A stretch of DNA of 64,000 nucleotides, from the IMG/VR virus record IMGVR_UViG_3300049793_000366, positions 124,001 through 188,000 of that record. One strand, given 5' to 3'. Positions 1 through 8,387 of this stretch are shown piece after piece. A program made the position numbers and the translations under genes. The notes beneath the pieces are model-generated. The model was not told where the DNA came from and ran no database searches. It saw nothing but the letters and a program-made list of their open reading frames with translations. Position 1 is the stretch's first letter; every line of letters begins with the position of its first letter.

Positions 1-609
1 GATTGTTTGTGTCTTAACAAGATTCTGTTGATTTCTTCTAATTTCATTAAAGTCAGCACGAGCGATGATACCACCTCTCATACCCTTATCATTCATATTA
101 TATCCTTCTGGTGGTAAACGGTAGAAAGATCCGGTAAATGTCATTGATAATATACGGTCTGCTCTGAATAAACGCCAGATTTTCTTAATATGTGAGTTCT
201 GTGATACAGACCAACCATTTAAGTGATAACCTCTAAGTAAAAGTTTACCCTTTGATGATTTACCATATACCATAGGATAGATAACCCTCTCGTGACCAGC
301 AAAGTGCTTATCTTTTTCACCCTTATAGTTAATAAGGAAAATCATACCGTATTTAATAGCTCTGATTAATATATCAGGATTGAATTTAATTGGTTCGTTT
401 ACTGGAATATCTTTAAAGATGGCTACATCATTTAATGAGAATCGAGGTACGAAAGATGTATCTTCAATTAAATCATTATAGTTTTCCCTTAATACAAACT
501 CAAGTGGCTTTTTAACAGAATTATACACTGGTGGTTGCCAAGTATCTTCAAGCTTATTAAGAGCTTCGTTTGTTTTCTTTATAAAGGATTCTTTGTTATT
601 ATCAACCAT
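1..609 (-). CDS. WYL-like domain protein (runs off the window start; not in ORF track)
   Basis: Manual translation from ATG 609: MVDNNKESF...INYKGEKDKHFAGHERVIYPMVYG...LLRGYHLNGWS...WRLFRADRILSM, resembling the WYL pattern R-x-[VI]-x-P...R-x-FRxDRI; TATATATT motif at 614-621 upstream. Confidence 0.6.
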   Translation of the reverse strand, partial: MVDNNKESFIKKTNEALNKLEDTWQPPVYNSVKKPLEFVLRENYNDLIEDTSFVPRFSLNDVAIFKDIPVNEPIKFNPDILIRAIKYGMIFLINYKGEKDKHFAGHERVIYPMVYGKSSKGKLLLRGYHLNGWSVSQNSHIKKIWRLFRADRILSMTFTGSFYRLPPEGYNMNDKGMRGGIIARADFNEIRRNQQNLVKTQTI

Positions 610-646
610 GTGTTATATATTAATTTCACCATGACCAAAAACAAAA

Positions 647-670
647 AAAGAGACCCATAAGGTCTCTTTT
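647..670. terminator. Intrinsic terminator hairpin, likely ending the small lipoprotein transcript
   Basis: AAAAGAGACC-cata-AGGTCTCTTTT inverted repeat flanked by A/T runs. Confidence 0.75.
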
Positions 671-692
671 CTGTAAGTATCGCGATTAACGA

Positions 693-866
693 TTACTTTG
701 TAGTGTCAACTGCTGTTGTAGTTGAACAAGCTGCTGTTGTGTCAACGGCAACTACTGCTGAATCAACTGCTGTTGAATCAGTCTTTGGAGCTTCAGCTTC
801 CGTAGTGCTACCACCACAAGATGCAAGAACTACTACAAAGCCAAGTGCTAAGAATAAATTTTTCAT
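693..866 (-). CDS. Small lipoprotein, 57 aa (not in ORF track)
   Basis: MKNLFLALGFVVVLASC|GGSTTEAEAPKTDSTAVDSAVVAVDTTAACSTTTAVDTTK*: signal peptide II with lipobox LASC and A-rich initiation region. Confidence 0.8.
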   Translation of the reverse strand: MKNLFLALGFVVVLASCGGSTTEAEAPKTDSTAVDSAVVAVDTTAACSTTTAVDTTK

Positions 867-975
867 AATTTGTTTTGTTTTATTGTTTTTTAATTATTGT
901 TTGAGTAGTATATATAAAGATGAACATCTTTAGTTTAGTGTGTTTTTGAAAAAAATTAAAATAATATATACATTT

Positions 976-1701
976 ATGAAGCAGAAGATTGAAAACCGAA
1001 AACAGCTAAATGACTTTTTCAAAAAAGTAAACGAAGAAGTTGATAAGTATCTTATTGAACATCAAATCAAACCAAGTAGACTTGCTAAGTATATTATCAG
1101 TAATGGTGGGATAGATAAGTTTGTTGAAGAGATTGGACTATCTGAAATTGATGGTATAAATAAAGTTGTTGACCAGGTTCTTAAATCAAGAGTTCATATG
1201 GAAAGGGATGGTATTATGAAGTTTGAGTCATTCAGACTAAATGAAGATGCTGTTGTAACTGGACCCAGCCTATTGACAGTAGATGTATTATTTGATACAA
1301 TCGGTAAGGCTACTATTGAACACGAGAAGATATTAGGGGATTACTTTGATACATCACTTGGTCACATAGAAGAATTTAATGCTTTAAAACATCTTTATAT
1401 CGTTGATTCAACAGAAGGTAAGTATTATGCTTATGCCTTCACTGATAGTGATATGGACACAATGTTCAATAACATTAAAGAGTTCGTATATAACAACATA
1501 CCACTTGAGGTAGAAGTTAAACTAACCGCTAATAAGTCAATTAGTATTCCGGTAACAGAAGCGAACGTAGAAGCTAAAGTAAATTCTTTGGATGTTACTT
1601 CAATATTGGAAGAATTATTTAGTGATTACACGATAGAGAAATTCGATACATCAAGTGATAATCACAACGAAGCTATCGTAATCTATAAGAAGAGTAACTA
1701 A
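976..1701 (+). CDS. Hypothetical protein, possibly a virion internal protein
   Basis: ORF 940..1701; ATG 976 follows AATATATA (963-970); internal IMKFESFRLNE motif. Confidence 0.6.
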   Translation: MKQKIENRKQLNDFFKKVNEEVDKYLIEHQIKPSRLAKYIISNGGIDKFVEEIGLSEIDGINKVVDQVLKSRVHMERDGIMKFESFRLNEDAVVTGPSLLTVDVLFDTIGKATIEHEKILGDYFDTSLGHIEEFNALKHLYIVDSTEGKYYAYAFTDSDMDTMFNNIKEFVYNNIPLEVEVKLTANKSISIPVTEANVEAKVNSLDVTSILEELFSDYTIEKFDTSSDNHNEAIVIYKKSN

Positions 1702-2513
1702 TTTTTAGTCACAAACTTAACGTAATTCTTAGTCTCTTTAATGTTTGGAACATTTTCATTTGCTTCCAATACATTAACTATACCAGCATTATATTCAGAT
1801 AGTGCTAATTCCCACGCTTTGTCTTCATCGTATTTCTTATTCCACTTATCATACAGAACGTGTAATAGATACACGCCTACTTTTATATTATTTTCAGGTG
1901 TATGTCCACCAGTCAAATTTAGCTTTTTATAATTTGACGAGAATGTACCAGGCATTATTTGCATATAACCCTTGGCACCAGCAGAGCTTATAGCTTTTGA
2001 TTTGAACCTATTCTCTTTCCATGCTACGCGAAATAGTATCTTATATGGTACTTCATACTTATCTGCTTCTTCGAGCATGAGTTCTAAGTGTTCAGTTGGA
2101 AACCACTCTGGTATCAATATATTTGACTCATTATAGACTTTATACTTCATATACTCTCGCGTAGAGAAGAAAGCTGATAAATCCTCAATCGTATTTGTTT
2201 TGTTGTAGATGTCAGAGTTTAATGCGTGTATATGGTCATATGAACCAGTTAGCTTAAACTTTAGATACTCAATAACTGAGAACGATTGCTTCTGACCGGC
2301 TCTATATGATAACCCGATAGATAGCGTGAAAATCAGAAAGCACGTAAGTACAAATCTGTTCTTGAAGAATAATTTACTGAACTTAGTCAGAGCAAATGGT
2401 TCGTTGGCTAAGAATAAAAGAAGATTAGTGAGTGGTTGTGTTACATACCGCTCCACCAAAGGATGTCTTTGTCTCATCACCAGTGTATTTATTACTACGT
2501 TTAGTTTTTTCAT
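1698..2513 (-). CDS. Membrane-anchored lytic transglycosylase (SLT domain)
   Basis: Catalytic E in WKENRF, GAKGYMQIMPGT, ENNIKVGVYLL, ALSEYNAG and ETKNYV motifs; N-terminal hydrophobic segment; TAnnTTTG on minus strand at 2540-2547. Confidence 0.85.
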   Translation of the reverse strand: MKKLNVVINTLVMRQRHPLVERYVTQPLTNLLLFLANEPFALTKFSKLFFKNRFVLTCFLIFTLSIGLSYRAGQKQSFSVIEYLKFKLTGSYDHIHALNSDIYNKTNTIEDLSAFFSTREYMKYKVYNESNILIPEWFPTEHLELMLEEADKYEVPYKILFRVAWKENRFKSKAISSAGAKGYMQIMPGTFSSNYKKLNLTGGHTPENNIKVGVYLLHVLYDKWNKKYDEDKAWELALSEYNAGIVNVLEANENVPNIKETKNYVKFVTKN

Positions 2514-2575
2514 ATTTAATATTCAAAATCTAATATATACAAATATAATATAAAAAACTATATATCCAATAAAAT

Positions 2576-3205
2576 ATGAAAAAATTTTCCACAATTACCG
2601 GAGTAAAAGTAGGTCAACTACCTGAAAGTAAGCAAGATAATGATGTCCAAGATAATTCGGACAATCTTAGATTTATCATAGATTCTATGATAAATAGCTA
2701 CTTAAAAATCGAGTTTAATGGACCTTATACAACTGAACACTTCCAACAAACTTCTAAAATAGAAGGTAGAGAGACATTTATTGATGCTCTTATCGGTCTT
2801 CTTAAAGAAAAAGAAGTTCAACAACAGATTAAGGTTTTAGAATCATTAAAATCTGATGTTCGTGATTGGAAAGCAATTGATGAGAAGATTGATGGATTGA
2901 ATTTACTATTAGAAAAGCAAACAGCGGGTGATACTGCTAAACATAAGAAAAGAATTGAAGACCTTTTGAAAAAAGAGGATCCAATTGAAATGGCTAAAAT
3001 ACAAGCATCAAGAATGACAGACGGTGAAAAAGCTCACTATCGTTATCTTATGGCTAAATCTATGAAAGATTTATCTTCAATGGAAGGACTTTTAAAGAGA
3101 CTTAAGAAGGATAAAGTTGAACGTACAAAAACTCAAGTGGTTAAATTACTTGAAGAAATCGCGAACATCTTTAAATTCAAAGCTGACCAATTAGGATATA
3201 AATAA
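2576..3205 (+). CDS. Hypothetical helical protein, late-motif gene
   Basis: 209-aa ORF; AATATATA at 2532-2539; MKKFS N-terminus. Confidence 0.6.
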   Translation: MKKFSTITGVKVGQLPESKQDNDVQDNSDNLRFIIDSMINSYLKIEFNGPYTTEHFQQTSKIEGRETFIDALIGLLKEKEVQQQIKVLESLKSDVRDWKAIDEKIDGLNLLLEKQTAGDTAKHKKRIEDLLKKEDPIEMAKIQASRMTDGEKAHYRYLMAKSMKDLSSMEGLLKRLKKDKVERTKTQVVKLLEEIANIFKFKADQLGYK

Positions 3206-3216
3206 TATTTAATACT

Positions 3217-3462
3217 ATGATTAAGAAATTTAGCGACTTCGATAAGATAAATGAATCAGCGCCTATTGCTGAGTTAGAATCAGCATTTCAACACACTAGT
3301 GCGTATGCTGATGCAAGAGCAAAAGTAAAGGCAATAACAGATGAGTTAGAATTTAAATTTCACGACTTCTGTGAGCAAAACGGTCACCCAGGTGCCGAAG
3401 GTGACAATGACTGTGAGATGACATTCAATAACATCTTAATGGAACTTGTAAGTAGATACTAA
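3217..3462 (+). CDS. Hypothetical protein with capsid-targeting-like N-terminus
   Basis: MIKKFSDFDKINES. Confidence 0.6.
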   Translation: MIKKFSDFDKINESAPIAELESAFQHTSAYADARAKVKAITDELEFKFHDFCEQNGHPGAEGDNDCEMTFNNILMELVSRY

Positions 3463-3464
3463 TT

Positions 3465-3944
3465 ATGAAGCATCTTAAACGTTTTAATGAAGCCATTGAG
3501 AAATTTAAGTATTCAAAAAAGGATATAGAAGACGCATATAAGTTTGTAAATGTTTATGCAAGGTCTGCTAGATTTGAACCAGAGTTCGATGCTGAAACTT
3601 ACTATTACGATAAGATAGGAACACCAAATTCATTTACATATTTAGAAAAGAATCAGAAAACATCGGGTGGTGGTAAGGTTAAATCTGCTAATATAGTGGC
3701 TTATGATAAAAAAGGTAAATTGGTTGGGTTATTAAGTATTTCATTAACTGAACCAGTTGGAGCATTTAAAATCGTAGTAGCCGAAGATTCTGCCCGAAAA
3801 GGATGGGGATTAAAACTATTAGATGAAGCAGAAAAAAGAGGGTTTGATATGGTTAACTATATGAAAAACAATACGTTCACTCACTCCGGAAGACGCTTAT
3901 GCGAAAAATGGTTGGAAATAAAATTAGAAAAATTTGAACTTTAG
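3465..3944 (+). CDS. GNAT-like acetyltransferase with capsid-targeting-like N-terminus
   Basis: MKHLKRFNEA; acetyl-CoA-binding motif A-like IVVAEDSARKGWGLKLL. Confidence 0.55.
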   Translation: MKHLKRFNEAIEKFKYSKKDIEDAYKFVNVYARSARFEPEFDAETYYYDKIGTPNSFTYLEKNQKTSGGGKVKSANIVAYDKKGKLVGLLSISLTEPVGAFKIVVAEDSARKGWGLKLLDEAEKRGFDMVNYMKNNTFTHSGRRLCEKWLEIKLEKFEL

Positions 3945-3964
3945 TAAATTTTTTACTATATTTG
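3933..3964 (+). promoter_or_regulatory. Bacteroidota primary-sigma promoter (-33 TTTG / -7 TATATTTG) of leuS leader
   Basis: TTTG 3933-3936, 20-nt spacer, TATATTTG 3957-3964. Confidence 0.75.
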
Positions 3965-3980
3965 TATTATGATTACAACA

Positions 3981-4016
3981 ATGAACACAAACTTACTCCT
4001 ATTAGCAGACTCATAA
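3981..4016 (+). CDS. Leucine leader peptide MNTNLLLLADS (upstream in-frame ATG at 3969 also possible)
   Basis: Four tandem Leu codons TTA CTC CTA TTA (3993-4004) between promoter and terminator, directly upstream of leuS. Confidence 0.75.
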   Translation: MNTNLLLLADS

Positions 4017-4018
4017 AC

Positions 4019-4082
4019 GTGCCTGACTGATAAACTATTATATCTACCCTTGGCACCAAAAATGTCAAGGGTTTTTTATTTT
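4019..4082 (+). promoter_or_regulatory. Transcription attenuator (antiterminator and terminator)
   Basis: Terminator stem ACCCTTGGCA 4046-4055 / TGTCAAGGGT 4063-4072 plus T-tract; GTGCC 4019-4023 is complementary to GGCAC 4052-4056 in the stem. Confidence 0.75.
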
Positions 4083-4102
4083 AAAAATTAATTATACAAA
4101 CA

Positions 4103-5368
4103 ATGAAAGAAGAAAAATATATCGCAGTAATGTTTCCTTACCCATCTGGTAGCGGATTGCACATAGGTCACTTTTATAACTATGCTATAATCGATTCATA
4201 TTGTCGTTATTGGCGATATAAGGGAGTTAATGTATTTCAGCCATTTGGTTATGATTCATTTGGCTTGCCTGCTGAGAATTACGCGAAGAAAGTAGGTCGA
4301 GATCCTAAAGATGTTACATATGAAAACATCGAGAGGTTCAGAGCGCAAATGGATAAGATGGACACTCAATATGAAGAGAAGTTGATAACATCTGACCCTT
4401 CTTACCAGAAATGGACTCAGTGGTTGTTCACTAAATTGAAAGAACACGGTTTGGTTTATAAAGCTAAAGGGGATGTGAATTACTGCCCTTCTTGTGAGAC
4501 AGTATTGGCTCGTGAACAGGTTAAGAATGATAAGTGTGATAGATGTTCATCTGTTGTTGAAACCAGAAGCTTGGAGCAGTGGTATTTTAAGATAACTGCT
4601 TATAAAGACCGTTTGATTAAAAACTTGGATAAGATTGATTATCCACAAAGTACGATTAATGCTCAAAGAGCTTGGTTGGAGAATTTGCACGATTGGTGTG
4701 TTTCAAGACAACGTAGTTGGGGTTGCCCTATTCCAATAGAGGGTGAAACTGATACATTGGACACATTTGTAGATTCATCATTCTATTATATCAGATATTG
4801 CGACCCATATAATGACAACGAAATTTGTGCTAAAGATAAGTACAAACAAGTTGATGTTTATGTAGGTGGTAATGAACACGCTTGTATGCATTTGATTTAC
4901 GCGAGGTTCATCAATATGTTCTTGTATGATATTGGTGTTGTCTCAGAAGAAGAACCATTTAAAAGAGTAATACATCAAGGTATGATTTTGAACAATGGTG
5001 CTAAAATGGCTAAATCGACTGGTAATGTTATTAATCCAGATGATTATAACTCTGATGAATTGAAATTTTATTTGATGTTCATTGGTCACTATTTCGATGG
5101 TGGTTCTTGGTCTGACCAAAACATATCTGGTATTAAACGCTTTGTCAATAGATTTAAAGAATGGATGTCGAGAGAGGGTGATGAAACGATTGACTTGGTT
5201 AAGTTTAAAGAAACTGTATTTGGTTATACAGAAGCTTTTAAATTCAATAAGGTTGTTAGTGAATTCATGGTGTTGGTAAATCAGAACAGAACTAAAAATA
5301 TCACAAAGGAATGTAAGAAGGAGATTGTTGATATTATTAAGATTTATATGCCATCAATAGAGGTATAA
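4103..5368 (+). CDS. leuS: Minimal leucyl-tRNA synthetase lacking the CP1 editing domain, with reduced C-terminus
   Basis: MFPYPSG..LHIGH, GYDSFGLPAEN, CPSC/CDRC zinc knuckle, QWYFKIT, DWCVSRQRSWGCPIP, DTLDTFVDSSFY, YVGGNEHACMHL, KMAKS. Confidence 0.92.
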   Translation: MKEEKYIAVMFPYPSGSGLHIGHFYNYAIIDSYCRYWRYKGVNVFQPFGYDSFGLPAENYAKKVGRDPKDVTYENIERFRAQMDKMDTQYEEKLITSDPSYQKWTQWLFTKLKEHGLVYKAKGDVNYCPSCETVLAREQVKNDKCDRCSSVVETRSLEQWYFKITAYKDRLIKNLDKIDYPQSTINAQRAWLENLHDWCVSRQRSWGCPIPIEGETDTLDTFVDSSFYYIRYCDPYNDNEICAKDKYKQVDVYVGGNEHACMHLIYARFINMFLYDIGVVSEEEPFKRVIHQGMILNNGAKMAKSTGNVINPDDYNSDELKFYLMFIGHYFDGGSWSDQNISGIKRFVNRFKEWMSREGDETIDLVKFKETVFGYTEAFKFNKVVSEFMVLVNQNRTKNITKECKKEIVDIIKIYMPSIEV

Positions 5369-5370
5369 GA

Positions 5371-5398
5371 AAAAACCCACTCAATTGAGTGGGTTTTT
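5371..5398. terminator. Bidirectional intrinsic terminator
   Basis: AAAAACCCACTC-AATT-GAGTGGGTTTTT between convergent genes. Confidence 0.8.
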
Positions 5399-5400
5399 AA

Positions 5401-5586
5401 TTAAGCTTCAGTTTTCTTAGCCTGTACATCATTTCTAACTTCTTTAAGAAGTTTGATTATGTCTTGAGCTTGTTTCCTTACTCGTGTTCCAGCGGCTTTA
5501 TTACCTTTAATAAAAGTCTTTTCATAGTCTTCTTTTAATGAAGATACAAGTTCAACAAGCTTGTCGTACTTATCTAAGTTATCCAT
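5401..5586 (-). CDS. Histone H1-like (Hc1-family) small DNA-binding protein
   Basis: KGNKAAGTRVRK motif typical of Bacteroidota Hc1-like proteins. Confidence 0.75.
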   Translation of the reverse strand: MDNLDKYDKLVELVSSLKEDYEKTFIKGNKAAGTRVRKQAQDIIKLLKEVRNDVQAKKTEA

Positions 5587-5641
5587 ACTAAATGTTTATT
5601 TTTTGTACAGTATATATTAAAACTACTGCCCTCTAAACACT

Positions 5642-6481
5642 TTAATAGTAATTAACAACTAAAATTTCTTGCGAATCACCAACGTTTTTGCGTCTTGCTA
5701 CTTTTTCGTAGTCATAACTAAGGTTCATTACAGTGTATTTCGATAATCTTTCCATAAAAGGATTTGGTACACCTTTGTGTATTGAAACACCACTAAAGGC
5801 GAATCTGATACCTCGTGCGTCTAAATCATCAATTGTGTCGTATAGTTGATTCTCTAATTCCTTTGACCAGAAAGCATTATAACCAGCTTCCGTTCCAATA
5901 TAAGGTGGGTCAAAATAAACAAAGTCATTCTTTTTTGGCGGGTTTATAGCCAAGAGGTCAACAAATGATAAATTGGTGAATTCAATATTTTTAGTGCTAA
6001 GTGCGTGACAGTATTTACGAATTTTTTGTATAGTGCTTTCATTGATGGCTCTTTTCCCCCATGTCTGGTTGAATTCAAATTTTTTATTAAATCGCATAAG
6101 ATTATTTGTACAAGAAGAAACCAACGAGAAAAATTGATACGGATCTTTAGTCTGATTGAATTCTGCCCTTAATTTAACGAATTCTTCTTGTGAGTCTTTA
6201 TCGATTTTAGATTCTAATATTTTCAATATTTCATCTTCAACAGTTTTTGTTTGTCCTGCCCTTTGTAGATTAATATAGAATTCTATTAGTGGTGTGATGA
6301 TATCATTTGCTATAACCTTGTCGTAGCAACAATTTATACTAACGGCTAAACCACCAGCAAATAAATCATAGAATTTATCAACCCCATTTGGATGAGGAAA
6401 GATAGTTAATAACTGGTTCATAAGTCTATCTTTAGAACCAGTATAATTTGTAGGTGGCTTAAGAAATCCTTGACTTATCAT
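5642..6481 (-). CDS. dam: Dam-like (D12 class) DNA adenine methyltransferase
   Basis: NYTGSK, YDLFAGG (motif I), FVYFDPPY (motif IV), EILVVNY C-terminus. Confidence 0.88.
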   Translation of the reverse strand: MISQGFLKPPTNYTGSKDRLMNQLLTIFPHPNGVDKFYDLFAGGLAVSINCCYDKVIANDIITPLIEFYINLQRAGQTKTVEDEILKILESKIDKDSQEEFVKLRAEFNQTKDPYQFFSLVSSCTNNLMRFNKKFEFNQTWGKRAINESTIQKIRKYCHALSTKNIEFTNLSFVDLLAINPPKKNDFVYFDPPYIGTEAGYNAFWSKELENQLYDTIDDLDARGIRFAFSGVSIHKGVPNPFMERLSKYTVMNLSYDYEKVARRKNVGDSQEILVVNYY

Positions 6482-6899
6482 CTTTTCTCTTTTTAGTCAT
6501 TAATTCATCAAGGTCTTTCACGATTAACATACGTTTCTCATGTTCACAACCTCTTAATTTTCTTTCCATCTCAGTGTCAAATGCTTCACATAGCTCAGAG
6601 CCGGTATTACTTGATACATCAACATCATAGATATTGTGTTTATTACTTTCATCGATAACGGTCATTATATAACCATTGGATGAACTGTAAAGCATTATTA
6701 ATAGCTCACCGTTGCGTATGTGCCTTTTGCTGGTTTTAATAGAGCAGATAAGCTCTGATTCTGAATCTTTTACGTATAATTTGAAAAGTTCATATGCTTT
6801 CTTCTGAAGCATATTCATACCATCTTTCTTTGGTAGGTTCCAGGAAAAGAATCTTCTGGAACTAACCATGAATTTTGATAACTTGTAATTTAAGCTCAT
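6459..6899 (-). CDS. Hypothetical protein
   Basis: ORF in tightly packed minus-strand operon. Confidence 0.6.
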   Translation of the reverse strand: MSLNYKLSKFMVSSRRFFSWNLPKKDGMNMLQKKAYELFKLYVKDSESELICSIKTSKRHIRNGELLIMLYSSSNGYIMTVIDESNKHNIYDVDVSSNTGSELCEAFDTEMERKLRGCEHEKRMLIVKDLDELMTKKRKDDKSRIS

Positions 6900-6900
6900 T

Positions 6901-8031
6901 TTAGTATATGTTAAAGTATGACTTAATGGTTTCTATTGCACTATCTTTGTCCTTCGCGAAGTATCTTGAAGAACCGGACACTCTTAATATCTTCAAAGAG
7001 GTCAAAAGTTTAGTAAATTCTTGAACATCTCTGTTTAAAAGTATAAATCCGTTGGTTCTACACATATCAGAAATAGCCTTATTGGATGGTACTCTGTCAT
7101 TTACCTTAGTTTCGTTCAAGTAAAGAATTTCTAAAATAGCTGAGAATTGACTCCATTTTTGATAATTAGGGTCTCTGTCTAATTTCTGCTTCATATCTGA
7201 ATATGAACGCCATTTATAATATTTGTTAAAATATACACCAACTAAGATAATAATCTCAATCAAAGTAGATATTATGATGAACATGAATGAATTGTTGCTA
7301 TTCTCGGACTTTTTATTATCCGCATCTTTGATAAGATTTGCTTCGTGTGTTGTAATCTTATCAGCTAATTCTTTCTTAACATCATTTTCTTTACCTTCAC
7401 TTTTTGTTACCTCAGTGCGTAAATCATCCTTTTCCTTCTTAAGGTCACGTATTCTTTGTCGCTGTTGATAAGTTAATGGGCTTGATGCTTCTAAATCTGT
7501 TTGTTCTTTATCTTTTACTTCAATCTTAGATTTATATCCTTTAATTTCTTTTTCGATATCATCAATCTTAACATTATATACAGTAGTTAATGAATCTTTA
7601 AATTGTGTGATGTTGCTTTTTGCTTGCTCTTCAATAAGAGCAGATTTTGATGAGAATTCTTTTGCTCCGTTTAGTGAGCAGTAAAAAGAGAATGATATTA
7701 CCAGTAAACTAAATAATACAAGGTTTAGCACTTCTTTTTTCAGAAGATTTTTAAATCTTAAATACTCCATTGAAAACTTATCGAATATATCACGTTTTAG
7801 TAGTTCTAAGCCACCAAGTAATATTACTGATATAATCATCACTATTGTTTGGTTCGACTCGGAAACAGCGTTTGTGATGATTTTGGATATGAAAAAGAAA
7901 GCAAGAAATATAGAAGCAACATTTCCAAATATTGATAGAAATAATAAGACGCGATTAATCATCTTATATGACTTGTTAAAGTCTTGCTTCTTTATCTGAG
8001 TTTCTAAATCCTTAAATTCGTTAATGTTCAT
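6901..8031 (-). CDS. Membrane protein with about 4 TM segments and a long coiled coil
   Basis: Three N-terminal hydrophobic helices, K/E-rich coiled coil, a further TM (FMFIIISTLIEIIILVGVYF). Confidence 0.7.
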   Translation of the reverse strand: MNINEFKDLETQIKKQDFNKSYKMINRVLLFLSIFGNVASIFLAFFFISKIITNAVSESNQTIVMIISVILLGGLELLKRDIFDKFSMEYLRFKNLLKKEVLNLVLFSLLVISFSFYCSLNGAKEFSSKSALIEEQAKSNITQFKDSLTTVYNVKIDDIEKEIKGYKSKIEVKDKEQTDLEASSPLTYQQRQRIRDLKKEKDDLRTEVTKSEGKENDVKKELADKITTHEANLIKDADNKKSENSNNSFMFIIISTLIEIIILVGVYFNKYYKWRSYSDMKQKLDRDPNYQKWSQFSAILEILYLNETKVNDRVPSNKAISDMCRTNGFILLNRDVQEFTKLLTSLKILRVSGSSRYFAKDKDSAIETIKSYFNIY

Positions 8032-8366
8032 TATTTATCTTTCTTTTTTGGGATAATTAACTTACCCATAAGTCTTTCTCTGAAAGTTAGCTTTCTACTA
8101 ACTACTTCGTTATTTTCTTTTTTCAAATCCTCTATTTCGGTATTCTTTTCCGTCAAAATCCTATCGATATATTCTTTAAGATTTTTCAATTCATCCTTCA
8201 CTGTGTCAGAGTCGTGTTTTAAACTTTGTTGTTTGGCATTCAATAGCCTGTAAAAAAATCTAAACTTATGAAGTAAATACTTATATTCTTCTGCGGTAAA
8301 AATGTCTTCAAACTCTGATGTTAAAAAGAAGTTCATTAATTCCTCGTCTGTTAATTCTGTATTCAT
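8031..8366 (-). CDS. Hypothetical coiled-coil protein
   Basis: ORF; TATATATT at 8373-8380 upstream. Confidence 0.6.
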   Translation of the reverse strand: MNTELTDEELMNFFLTSEFEDIFTAEEYKYLLHKFRFFYRLLNAKQQSLKHDSDTVKDELKNLKEYIDRILTEKNTEIEDLKKENNEVVSRKLTFRERLMGKLIIPKKKDK

Positions 8367-8387
8367 AGTCGATATATATTTGTTTTA

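Noticed and set aside
703-933. ORF-track 76-aa plus-strand ORF
   Set aside because: Antisense shadow of the minus-strand lipoprotein 693..866, which has a clear lipobox and initiation region.
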